64,000 nt of DNA from an uncultured virus (IMG/VR IMGVR_UViG_3300007538_000001) (lineage: Duplodnaviria > Heunggongvirae > Uroviricota > Caudoviricetes > Crassvirales). Location: IMG/VR virus record IMGVR_UViG_3300007538_000001; one strand, written 5' to 3'. Within the stretch, counting starts at the first letter, position 1, and the number at the start of each line of letters is the position of its first letter. The notes below the pieces were generated by a model, which made no database searches, was not told where the DNA came from, and saw only the letters and a list, made by a program, of their open reading frames with translations. Positions 39,401 to 45,513 of this stretch are shown here, one piece after another. A program made the translations under genes and the position numbers.

Positions 39401-40990
39401 AAGAACTATGAGCAAAAGAAAAAGCTTGAAGCTCAAGTGCATGTTATGATTGATGTTATGAGTAATAGACTTATTCCTAACCATTCAGGATTACAGAAGC
39501 TTGCAGTTATGCACGGGTTCAGTAGAGATAAAGAGATTCAAATGCATTTACCTAAGGAGCAATTGCCTGAGGATGTTAAGACTCTTATTTCTATAATGGA
39601 AAGTAGAATCTATGGAATAAAAGAGAAAGATGCAGGGTCCGCTGCTGGCGTAAATATGCAAAAGGCCACAACAACTCTCTTAAAATACGCAGGTAGTGTA
39701 GCTCTTATTGGTAACTTCGTTAACTCTTTTGTTAATGCAACTACTGGTACAGTTAACAACTTAATAGAAGCATGGGGTGGTGAAACATATAATCTTACTA
39801 ACTGGAAGAATGCTGGTGTTAAATACTGGAAAGATTCTAAAGGATTAGTAGATGATATTGGATCTAATGTAAACTCTTCAAGAACTAACATGATGTTGGA
39901 TGTATTCAACGTATTAGGTTCAAGAGAAAGTTTAAATAACAATTTCGAAGATAATAGTAGATTAAAATCTATGATGAACACTAGTAAGCTACGTCCAATA
40001 GCACAAGGCGGTGAGCATATGATGCAATCTAAAGTGATGTACGCAGTCTTGGATAATATTAAAGTTCTAAACAAGAAGGGGGAATATCTAGATAAAAATG
40101 GTAACGTGACAAAAGATGTCGCCAAGGCTGCCACTTTAGATGAAGTTATGTATTTTGAAAGAGATAAGAAAGGAGAATCAGTAGCTAAGCTTCCTGCTTG
40201 GGTTGCCGCAACTACTTTTTCACCTCAACCGGGTAAGCAGGATGAAATACTTGTTGACGCGAGAGGCCTAATTAAGAAAAAAATCATAGACTTACATGGT
40301 AACTATGATAATGATCTTAAGAATAAAGCTCAACGTGAATGGTGGGGTAAACTATTATTCTTCTTGAAAAAATGGATGGAGTCAACTACTCTTCGTAGAT
40401 TTAGAGGCTATGCAACAGCGCTTAAGAAATCTGAAGAATTGAGAGATGTAGATAAATATTACTCTGAAGATATGAAACAATATCAAGAGGGATATTATAT
40501 TACAGCTGCAAGGTTTATAAAGAATTCTTTATTACCTGCTGCAAAAGAACTTAAGTTCGAAGCTATAACAGCTGATTACAAGAATATGTCTAAACATGAG
40601 AAAGCTAATATGAGAAGATTAGTTGCTGAATTTGGTATGATGACATTGACGCTATTGGCTTATGCAGCCATGGGAGGATTTGACGATGAGCCAGATGATG
40701 AGACTTTAATGGCCAGATACTTCTTAAGAAGAGAGTTATCAGAACTAACGTTCTATTTAAATCCTGCTGAAACTATTAAGTTGATGAAGAATCCAACAGC
40801 CAGTGTATCTGTTATAGAGAGATACACTAAAGTTCTTGGACAGTTCATGTCACCAACTGAGCGTTATGAGCAAGGTAGAAATGAAGGAAGGCTTAAGTTA
40901 TGGGTGAAGACTAAGAAAGCTTTACCTTATTGGGCCCAAACTGAAAAAGATTATAAAGCATCACTGCGTTTCTTGCAGATTATGGATTAA
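30440..40990 (+). CDS. Virion-packaged RNA polymerase (crAss-like double-psi beta-barrel type), fused to zincin-like and C-terminal domains
   Basis: 3516 aa. TTDAQAWI, LKYS, YRIPNQG and catalytic GSDFDIDK (about 34595-34609), plus AYVDIAKDP; HEFAH zincin motif at about 37283. Confidence 0.92.
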   Translation: MGKNSNCIGAMKFEEKLVTILGTQELANAEARRIASDSFKQVFGDWENNKDAKWTDKQGALRQDDNGYPRLFKSGNQFYYKLKNGKKDFLNKIKFPEIDPDDVFEITNQLRYELFSTKEGFDFNNIENIKGLKIAESIQSSIDAYRAENVGDPDAQMRADLIEKYKEDFVIEVRTQIEDMGLTSSKRIKAGARKDQIVDLTDENGNPEGEMAEEDKSTGMNFAESFTKNSKDTASVNVKLLLSTVLDTKRELRKNPDGTPYVNENGKNEMVISTVPGRFLGKPQFVEFDDVWTTLEPMLADLVNFNLGGDVQDVFDLMVEKLEGLKLVKPWTEGLVDRLKELNTSEKIGERNKITEFFQAFSKAQLDYYVTEVNGRNIKVINASSTNSRSSKLKAEWGRNFRKKFLTSKGKMNKAVDVEQISDMITESKKKFISQVGTRGTTASKIKSISENLPILMGAMNALGINVNNLDMRNFILQVSDPEKRYGEVKALYEGMERTMAIIKDDKAPFVVAGEFKNPFDDQLVLGRLATARGLSAIQLSENTIVGNEGKTYWTYSSLSYLHNKLNAWKQQAGVDDTMDIQALASLTYNKNSRWLKYLLAADIVNDSEREAKSLERIQDVQIGLSSSMKSKNKNDGVDNTKITIADAINDSMVKILGKKASAQKSLFPTIVPADKSRKMDLAGFEMFETGIVYTNGKGTEVDDATSDIFIDYFEDEFNRMAEAADEIDNLPDSEKIEHYHTKSMNALQSQLFPEFSPAEASKEVKAILYDKNRPKKSTISGLSKTQKEALRPFVVQAIKDRMKETLQELRKNKIIEVDPKEKGGLKALTIDKSLMASYESQSSPVHTMVGDYVVNGLISTIEYTKLFSGDPAYYKNQSDLIKRIPATYTDGLQLRLSENDHKYFNQATVNGVEVASKYMKEIRDSLTDKKLIEAYKNVNTTDAQAWITPHRWKFLKERLGQWGAQHEKVFKKMMDGKELEPKELKLAAQPLKGVYFEVNDGRPVYLKYSQAVLVPSLVKNTPMQALYNKMTIDPATGEPFENKKDELHEVITRDGVKVGAKGITDIHSKDGELLAEFELNSTPLINSGWKLQQDLPTKLIHDTLTGSQIQKNILAGIDLSSKLANYELNGEPKTGREIMQMIHDTIGSLVGEGRESLVNKFGIGEDNKITNMTAVYEALIDEFKSRGGDENIISALEKEMSFDAIPQLAGRVQSIFMSIFNKELIKVKTNGGSFIQVSPFGLESVQEIVKDDSGEGPTKVLRSGIKIVSDNYDPKGLKPPRIDKKTGKVLPGQAMLPYSAIRSAIDKYNKQFKNENDPQRINPWNMSAAKLKEILDPSALQMVAYRIPNQGMSSNDPLEIVGILPPELGDSIVAYDAVPGKTGSDFDIDKMYVMTHHLEVRDGKIQKVPSNMDSKKGKQNMLVDLYTSVLTSPHTYDQMMTSIDAGFLKNDIVDLFPPKELGSLQFMSPMQQIKTKFEYLSGKFGVAQTANQLVDHASNQSLNIRLNGYLGIGHKDSKGNTKFDNITDTDGKNSISDVLSAFLNAYVDIAKDPYISRGNHNVNTASITFMLLRAGAPVSWVNRFVGQPILKDLVDVINMSDGKTARRLTFGDSGKTVTPIEYIRLQYGVKKGDATETDVAALSPSKMETAIKKEGALTTEEKIEQGKILDVFEFLQDHARAFNASVSAAKADTKGNGGGVLPLHIAKNKVNAVLNAKKILGYASKGFTDAHATSTMMGHYYHNGVLWVSKVLESSDLFLAGKQEVLHAFDGVSEALGKGLLTDPELGRVLENSFRSYSMSGLSVFKDNNSDHDFLFKVLPEQISALKETNDNFLIQELRIETSGGYEFLGIDSRTATKSFNNRIYRAWSQLLNSSDPAERKLGVDLIRYAYSQSGFNNNLNQFFSHIPHNFFAEQGIAFEIDEMFRTIDNMVAGEDFKDQMLRHQWDNKTLGSKLVPELRADKIKGFGGLFSLGTGFISDEEKYSVAVDVDFMGNKTFPKFTKVMLNQKEVYDKGAIPNYGLFILRGEVNGNPVYTRTHKLGHKSSKGSIFEYNEKEAPTKSVVEGNNVPTKIKGEIRDIMKQLRSDPGFIEEKDAITIQESTPSENVREVSKKIISDIDIASFKKRIKDGQLPSEHFTNDSVFAEIKNSKTEGKGKMPQDHMWIKNSNDRYDMIGQQSGEIIVANVDLETGLQYTEVNIDKADKAQEERILPSDDYQFEELQVFNAKIAHLQSKMNVDVIMDSTVPTSRVLGASDPRTIAAGKPVILINPKAIFKTTAIHEFAHIFIDAFPGGLKNKRLQKALQELKRTGLYDEVKEGYPELSDEMFEKELLATAIGREGVDIWDSNEKAGMWTAFKNWFFDFLRRAFGLNQSEVTSLTKELLNNTVKTDLLANLSEQDQQEKNFGQQEEKDEEVVELENTYNQIVSSIANLRQAIEPRTKKELKVEESKKAGLEKGEKTKYQEVKALDEKLTDEMSRLNETANSRAMLRYVAFSQKSVNEYKSLVSRLTERGKLTPEDIKNIKFFTSVFTMIPDVKQLMLEQYEKGYLKDNNGQKKKRMAVLDKIIADYDTLNQEMLGVSRRIYAQTMVEHSNEHVTAWRKKFEKQYADLESRNATPDENMYVWVNAKMTANKDKIESEALKFYENQAKKSLSDIHASTGWLVSEKNIANAEIQTVSRMIDAADFEVDRWVQAQAKEVEDSYKEFSKDYASSLGTEGRYKKFVDQTDEGSYLISEYKADFLAKYYEANSWMNKNVYEEKFAGIEVTKDGKYTYNGETKELLLPRNGLKVEGTHVFYTEAGITHSMTLQEAIGKSERAYWVEENTDTQKTSYGLDLKPKKSIWANPAYEELSVKDREHLKSMRKMILDAHVLTEGKQTLIEKAGVADFYRLPGVTRSSKARALAGDLKSLVSDSVTDMFKKKEDEFELEAEGTKAADKGKNSIRRMADLTNKQKYDVPIPFRAKLSKADQSLDIHTILLMNLKEAKNYEQKKKLEAQVHVMIDVMSNRLIPNHSGLQKLAVMHGFSRDKEIQMHLPKEQLPEDVKTLISIMESRIYGIKEKDAGSAAGVNMQKATTTLLKYAGSVALIGNFVNSFVNATTGTVNNLIEAWGGETYNLTNWKNAGVKYWKDSKGLVDDIGSNVNSSRTNMMLDVFNVLGSRESLNNNFEDNSRLKSMMNTSKLRPIAQGGEHMMQSKVMYAVLDNIKVLNKKGEYLDKNGNVTKDVAKAATLDEVMYFERDKKGESVAKLPAWVAATTFSPQPGKQDEILVDARGLIKKKIIDLHGNYDNDLKNKAQREWWGKLLFFLKKWMESTTLRRFRGYATALKKSEELRDVDKYYSEDMKQYQEGYYITAARFIKNSLLPAAKELKFEAITADYKNMSKHEKANMRRLVAEFGMMTLTLLAYAAMGGFDDEPDDETLMARYFLRRELSELTFYLNPAETIKLMKNPTASVSVIERYTKVLGQFMSPTERYEQGRNEGRLKLWVKTKKALPYWAQTEKDYKASLRFLQIMD

Positions 40991-41012
40991 TCATTTTTAA
41001 GTTTCATGTAAT

Positions 41013-41054
41013 AAAAAAAAACTCCTGTTGGTCATTAGCCTTCAGGAGTTTTTT
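41013..41054. terminator. Bidirectional intrinsic terminator at the convergence of the late and early/middle modules
   Basis: A9-CTCCTG...CAGGAG-T6 hairpin flanked by A- and T-tracts. Confidence 0.85.
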
Positions 41055-41086
41055 ACGCGGTCTTTCAAAACACAGCCAAGGAGATG

Positions 41087-41330
41087 TTACTCTCCGAGTA
41101 TACTATTAATGTTAGTTATAACATTTTCATTAGCAATCACTTCAGCCTTAAGGCTGTCTTGTGCTAATTTTAATTCTTCTGCTTGTTTACGTAAGTTGCT
41201 ATCTTCTTCTAACATAGCCTCATTACTTTTACTTAAATTATTTTTCAAAGCTGCAAAATATTGATTTGTGGCTTTGAGATTTAGAGATTAATTTCTCTGC
41301 TGTACTTGTATTTGTTGTTGTATTAAACAT
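41087..41330 (-). pseudogene. Small coiled-coil protein gene broken by one frameshift
   Basis: MFNTTTNTSTAEKLISKS... stops early. The +1 frame continues KATNQYFAALKNNLSKSNEAMLEEDSNLRKQAEELKLAQDSLKAEVIANENVITNINSILGE*. Confidence 0.6.
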
Positions 41331-41337
41331 TTTAATT

Positions 41338-41820
41338 TTAATTTTGTTTATTGAATAATTTCTTTATTAATAATCCTTCTCCTGTTGAGGGAGGTGTGTG
41401 CGGTGGTTGAGGTATTGATGTTACAGGTGTGGTAGCATGAACTATTCCTTGTGTGTTCTTTGTAATACCCATACTCTGCATCATCTTTTGAGCAGTTTGT
41501 TCAACATCCCTGTCTTCTGCTTCTTTCACCAAACCACCTTCTTTCATATCAGTCCACGTTTGCTTGTGTTTTAAAAACACTATCTTACCAGTTTTTGATC
41601 CAATAACAGCATTGTGAAGAGACATTACACCGAAGTGTTCGTCATCTAAGGCTAGTATTCCAGTCTTAGGCTCATACCCGTAGATTCCTTCAGGTATTCC
41701 CATAAAGGTTTCTGTAACGTGCATGTGTGTAACATCAAATGGTTTTGTAACTACTTGACAGTCTTCTAAGAAGTAGTCAATATACGCTCCATATGATTTC
41801 TTTGCTTTTTTATTTAACAT
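41338..41820 (-). CDS. Hypothetical protein
   Basis: 160-aa ORF in a tightly packed operon. Confidence 0.7.
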   Translation of the reverse strand: MLNKKAKKSYGAYIDYFLEDCQVVTKPFDVTHMHVTETFMGIPEGIYGYEPKTGILALDDEHFGVMSLHNAVIGSKTGKIVFLKHKQTWTDMKEGGLVKEAEDRDVEQTAQKMMQSMGITKNTQGIVHATTPVTSIPQPPHTPPSTGEGLLIKKLFNKQN

Positions 41821-42134
41821 TTATCTTTTTTTATTATTGGTAAAAATCCTAATTCTCTTAATGATTCATGATCAGATGGAAATGTATGAGTGTCATATCC
41901 ATCCTTTATGCAACATTCGCTTACAACAATAATTTGCCCATCCTCTCTTCCTGGGCTTCTAAAACCATCTATCTTATAGGTTCTTCCTGCAATTGCGTAA
42001 GGAACAGGATTACCATCATCATCTACATCGTCATCCATATAACCTGTCTTGGTACAAAGAAGATGTGTAGCATTCCTTGTGTTAAGAGCTATCTTATGAA
42101 TTATGCTTTCTTTCTTTTTACCAATTATCCCCAT
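41814..42134 (-). CDS. Hypothetical protein
   Basis: 106-aa ORF overlapping its neighbours. Confidence 0.65.
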   Translation of the reverse strand: MGIIGKKKESIIHKIALNTRNATHLLCTKTGYMDDDVDDDGNPVPYAIAGRTYKIDGFRSPGREDGQIIVVSECCIKDGYDTHTFPSDHESLRELGFLPIIKKDKC

Positions 42135-42313
42135 TAGAACAAGTTTATAATGAAATCTTGTCTTGCTTTTTGAGCTTGTACTAATGTATCATATTCTCCT
42201 ACGTACATTGAGTGTTTTGTTGCATTAGAGCTTTTACCTCTGTAATCTACTCTTGCTTCAAATTTTCCTTTGGATAAAACTCTTATCCCTTTACTTATAG
42301 CTGTCTTTGCCAT
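42134..42313 (-). CDS. Stand-alone AP2-like DNA-binding protein (59 aa, absent from the ORF track)
   Basis: Translated by hand: MAKTAISKGIRVLSKGKFEARVDYRGKSSNATKHSMYVGEYDTLVQAQKARQDFIINLF*. It matches the AP2 pattern KGI...GK..A.....Y.G.Y.T...A..AR. Confidence 0.7.
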   Translation of the reverse strand: MAKTAISKGIRVLSKGKFEARVDYRGKSSNATKHSMYVGEYDTLVQAQKARQDFIINLF

Positions 42314-42369
42314 TTTTATTTAATTTTAATTTAACAATCATTATATCTGTCCTCAAAGTCTTGAAGTTG

Positions 42370-42593
42370 TCATTCAATATCTAAGTCAGGTTCTATCTTA
42401 TCTTTTATTTTTCCAGGACTGCACATTGCGCAACTACATGGTTTGCCTGTTGTCTTATATATGTGTAATTTATGTTTTTCATTATCAGATAAAGAGTCAA
42501 TATTTACATGTAGATTTTTTTAATTCTCTTCTTTTGTTTTAGCCTTCCAAGCTCTCTTCTTCTTTCTTTATTTATTTTATTCATTTTATTCAT
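42370..42593 (-). pseudogene. Small basic Cys-motif protein gene frameshifted at an A7 run
   Basis: MNKMNKINKERRRELGRLKQKKRIKK, then after a shift at 42515-42521, NLHVNIDSLSDNEKHKLHIYKTTGKPCSCAMCSPGKIKDKIEPDLDIE*. Confidence 0.55.
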
Positions 42594-42595
42594 TT

Positions 42596-42913
42596 TTAAA
42601 AAGGTATATTTTTTCCATACTCTTCAGGTTTAATATAACCCTTAGCTATTTTACTTTTTCTGATCCAATCTTTTGTCTTTTGAGACATAGATGAAATACA
42701 TCTTCTTTCATTTTCGGGGTCGAACATGTTTAATATGAATAAATAATTGTCATCGTGATTCTCAATACCATCTATTCTTTCTACTTTTCCGGTCACATAT
42801 CCATGTGTATTGTCAAAATTATCAAACCAGTATTGCCTAGCTCTGTTTTTAACCTCTGCAAACACATCATCCGGAGGAGCAGTATCATATATACTTCTCT
42901 TCTTCTTTAACAT
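42596..42913 (-). CDS. Hypothetical protein
   Basis: 105-aa ORF in operon context. Confidence 0.7.
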   Translation of the reverse strand: MLKKKRSIYDTAPPDDVFAEVKNRARQYWFDNFDNTHGYVTGKVERIDGIENHDDNYLFILNMFDPENERRCISSMSQKTKDWIRKSKIAKGYIKPEEYGKNIPF

Positions 42914-42917
42914 ATAC

Positions 42918-43217
42918 TTAATTTTCTTTTTTTAAATTATATATTCTCTCATATTCAGCATCAATTGCCGCAATATAAGCTATTACATCATTAGGATCTT
43001 TTTGATCATAAAGTCTACTGCTTAATGGTAAGAATTTCTCTCCCTTCTGTTTAAATACTTTTACCATTTGAGTATTACGAGATTGAGCAGCAGCATATAA
43101 GGTAAAACCTTCTTTATTACACCACCTCATAGCGTCAATATTCCTATGATAAAATCTCCTTCTGTTCTCTTTTAACTCAGCCTCTTTCTTAAGGCGTTGT
43201 TGTTGTTTGTTTATCAC
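42918..43217 (-). CDS. Hypothetical protein
   Basis: 99-aa ORF in operon context. Confidence 0.7.
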   Translation of the reverse strand: MINKQQQRLKKEAELKENRRRFYHRNIDAMRWCNKEGFTLYAAAQSRNTQMVKVFKQKGEKFLPLSSRLYDQKDPNDVIAYIAAIDAEYERIYNLKKEN

Positions 43218-43218
43218 A

Positions 43219-44001
43219 TCATCTTCCTTTTGCTTCTGGATATAAATCTTTTACAAAGTCTGATTGCCAGTACTCTTTAGTATTTATGTCCATTATTGTT
43301 AATTTTCCTCCCCAGCCTCCACCGGTGTCTACGTTCCAAACATTTTGTCTGTTCATAGGTACGTGAATTCTATCACCAGGCTTAATTACATCTGCTTCTG
43401 GATAATGTGCTTTACATATATTAGCCATCGTAGTGGTATGTCCAATAAATACCTCTTTATGAGCATTTACTTTAGCACCAGATAAAACTTGCTTCCACAT
43501 GTTTCTATCCCACACTCGTAAGTATGGTATTGTGCCTGCTACGCCTTCTTCTCTATTGCATCCTGCATGAACAAATGCTTGGTCTTTGTTGGTTACATAA
43601 TATGGATGAAGTGCCGTTAGAAACGCTCTATGAGCGTCTAGACTTCTTGGATCATTATCATTGTCTGCCCAAAAGGCTGTATAAGACTCTAATGTTGTAT
43701 ATCCACCATTTTGTAGCCAATCTGGTTGAGCTACTCCCATGTTTAAGAATTCTCTTAACCATCCATCGTGGTTTCCCTCAATGCATATGATTGCATCTTC
43801 ATGTCTTTTAAGATCCTTAATTTGTTCTTTTAATTTAATGATGTAGTCAACTACACCAGCAGATTCTGGCCATCCGTCAACGTAGTCACCTACGAAGATT
43901 AAATTATCTTTCTTTATATTATATGCACAGCGATCAAGCACTTGTATTAATGCTTTAAGACCGCCATGCACATCTCCAATAACTAATGTTCTAGCTTGCA
44001 T
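43219..44001 (-). CDS. Metallophosphoesterase (Ser/Thr protein phosphatase-like)
   Basis: Motifs GDVHG, GDYVD, GNHD, HAG, GHT and DTG. Confidence 0.9.
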   Translation of the reverse strand: MQARTLVIGDVHGGLKALIQVLDRCAYNIKKDNLIFVGDYVDGWPESAGVVDYIIKLKEQIKDLKRHEDAIICIEGNHDGWLREFLNMGVAQPDWLQNGGYTTLESYTAFWADNDNDPRSLDAHRAFLTALHPYYVTNKDQAFVHAGCNREEGVAGTIPYLRVWDRNMWKQVLSGAKVNAHKEVFIGHTTTMANICKAHYPEADVIKPGDRIHVPMNRQNVWNVDTGGGWGGKLTIMDINTKEYWQSDFVKDLYPEAKGR

Positions 44002-44053
44002 GATCTTCGCATATTTCTGTTCCTTCTATATCTATAAATCCTTTCATTTTTTT

Positions 44054-44356
44054 TTATTTTATTACTCTTAATTTTCTTTGAGAAGTCATTGTTCTGGCAT
44101 GAGTGCCCTTCATTGATGACGTAACCCACTTGCTTTTTCCATAATGGAAGTACATTCTATCAGGACCATCTATAATTTTATAAAATACAGAAGCATAAGA
44201 ATGCCTTGTAACTATTGCTTCATAAAGATTGCCGTAATAAATTACAGAAACCTTATCTCCTGTGTTAATCTTCCTTCCTTTTATGTCTAGGTGGCCTGTT
44301 TTTTCTTTCTTGATTATTGACTCTGGAGTCTGTTTCTTTTTTTTTAATAATAGCAT
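44054..44356 (-). CDS. Hypothetical protein (SH3-like barrel possible); the true start may be 44405 via an A9 frameshift
   Basis: DIKGRKI..GDKV segment. The upstream frame MGKQLTLDDVIKICEEDAII joins this frame across the A9 run at 44337-44345. Confidence 0.6.
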   Translation of the reverse strand: MLLLKKKKQTPESIIKKEKTGHLDIKGRKINTGDKVSVIYYGNLYEAIVTRHSYASVFYKIIDGPDRMYFHYGKSKWVTSSMKGTHARTMTSQRKLRVIK

Positions 44357-44389
44357 CTTCTTCGCATATTTTAATCACATCATCTAATG

Positions 44390-44836
44390 TTAATTGCTTT
44401 CCCATGTTAGCGGAATGTTTTTTCTGTTTAACTCGTAATTATAATTATGATATTCAAGCGCTTGTTTTAGTCTATTGTAATTAATAGCTTTAACACTTTC
44501 TCTTTCTTTCCATCCACTGATAAGTAAAACTAATTTACTTTTATCAACAGTGAATGATTTCTTCTTTTGGGCACATAGCATTGCTTTTTCTGCCCAATAA
44601 CCGTCTTCGTCAAATGATATAGGTACTACTCTTAAGAGTCCTTCTGTATCAAAAACTTTATTATCAACTACATATAGTAAATCAGCGTCAGCAAGATGAA
44701 TGAATTTTTGATTCCATGTTTGACCGTTGTTTACTGTATAGTTTTTTTGTTGTTTCATTTCATTTTTAAGATCATTTGGTATCGTACAAAATGACCCTGG
44801 ACCAACTGGCCTCATTGCTTTTTTACTTAAAAACAT
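44390..44836 (-). CDS. Hypothetical protein
   Basis: 148-aa ORF. Confidence 0.65.
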   Translation of the reverse strand: MFLSKKAMRPVGPGSFCTIPNDLKNEMKQQKNYTVNNGQTWNQKFIHLADADLLYVVDNKVFDTEGLLRVVPISFDEDGYWAEKAMLCAQKKKSFTVDKSKLVLLISGWKERESVKAINYNRLKQALEYHNYNYELNRKNIPLTWESN

Positions 44837-44853
44837 TTTCTTTCTATCATATT

Positions 44854-44884
44854 AAAAATGAGGTGGCCTATTTGACCACCCCAT
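44854..44884 (-). terminator. Intrinsic terminator after the RNR/HNH genes
   Basis: Minus strand ATGGGGTGGTC-AAATA-GGCCACCTCAT followed by a T-tract. Confidence 0.7.
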
Positions 44885-44899
44885 AAAATTAAAATTTAC

Positions 44900-45472
44900 T
44901 TACTTAAAACTTGCTATTTTTTTACAAGTTTCTACAAAGAAGTTATGTGTGAATTTATTTTTCATTAGATTAACATGTTGAGATACAAACTGAACATTTC
45001 CAGGGATATACCCTTTAGAAGAATCAATTCTATCTACTGACGCTGTATAATCTTCATCATTCCACTTTTTAGGAAGAGTTAATTTTTCATTAGTATAAGC
45101 ACATTTACCTTTCTGTTTATTCCATAAATCATCAAGATATTTTGCATCAATAGTAACGTCTAATTTTCTTCCATTTTTACTTCTTCTTTTTGCACTTTTT
45201 TTAACATGTTTGCCAAAAAAGTTACCACTAATATTACCAGAGCCTTTCCAGGAGGCGTTACGCTCACCCGTTATGTTGTTATTATTTAAACAACCGCAAG
45301 ATCTGATATTATTATTTTTCCTATTTAAGTGCCTTGTGGAAACAAGCTTTTCATTTCCACAATTGCACTTACACTCCCATAGTTTACTGCCTCCACGACT
45401 AGATCCAGCCAACTTAACTACTGTTAGTTTGCCGAATGTTTTTCCTGTCAAATCAACTTTTTTATTTCCCAT
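44900..45472 (-). CDS. Free-standing HNH-type homing endonuclease
   Basis: Start MGNKK at ATG 45472. N-terminal domain DLTGKTFGKLTV...W.C.C.CG...SCGC; nuclease domain GKCAYT...SVDRIDSSKGY..GNVQ.V...VN.MK. Confidence 0.8.
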   Translation of the reverse strand: MGNKKVDLTGKTFGKLTVVKLAGSSRGGSKLWECKCNCGNEKLVSTRHLNRKNNNIRSCGCLNNNNITGERNASWKGSGNISGNFFGKHVKKSAKRRSKNGRKLDVTIDAKYLDDLWNKQKGKCAYTNEKLTLPKKWNDEDYTASVDRIDSSKGYIPGNVQFVSQHVNLMKNKFTHNFFVETCKKIASFK

Positions 45473-45476
45473 ATTA

Positions 45477-45507
45477 TAAATATACAAAAAATAATTCAAT
45501 TGGGCAA
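45477..45507 (-). promoter_or_regulatory. Promoter TTG-N20-TATATTTA in front of the HNH gene
   Basis: Minus strand TTG (45507-45505), a 20-nt spacer, then TATATTTA (45484-45477). Confidence 0.6.
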
Positions 45508-45513
45508 ACAGGC

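Noticed and set aside
25230..40134. Numerous antisense ORFs within the cargo and RNAP genes
   Set aside because: They are Ser/Leu/Phe-rich shadows of Lys/Glu-rich sense codons, with no independent signals.
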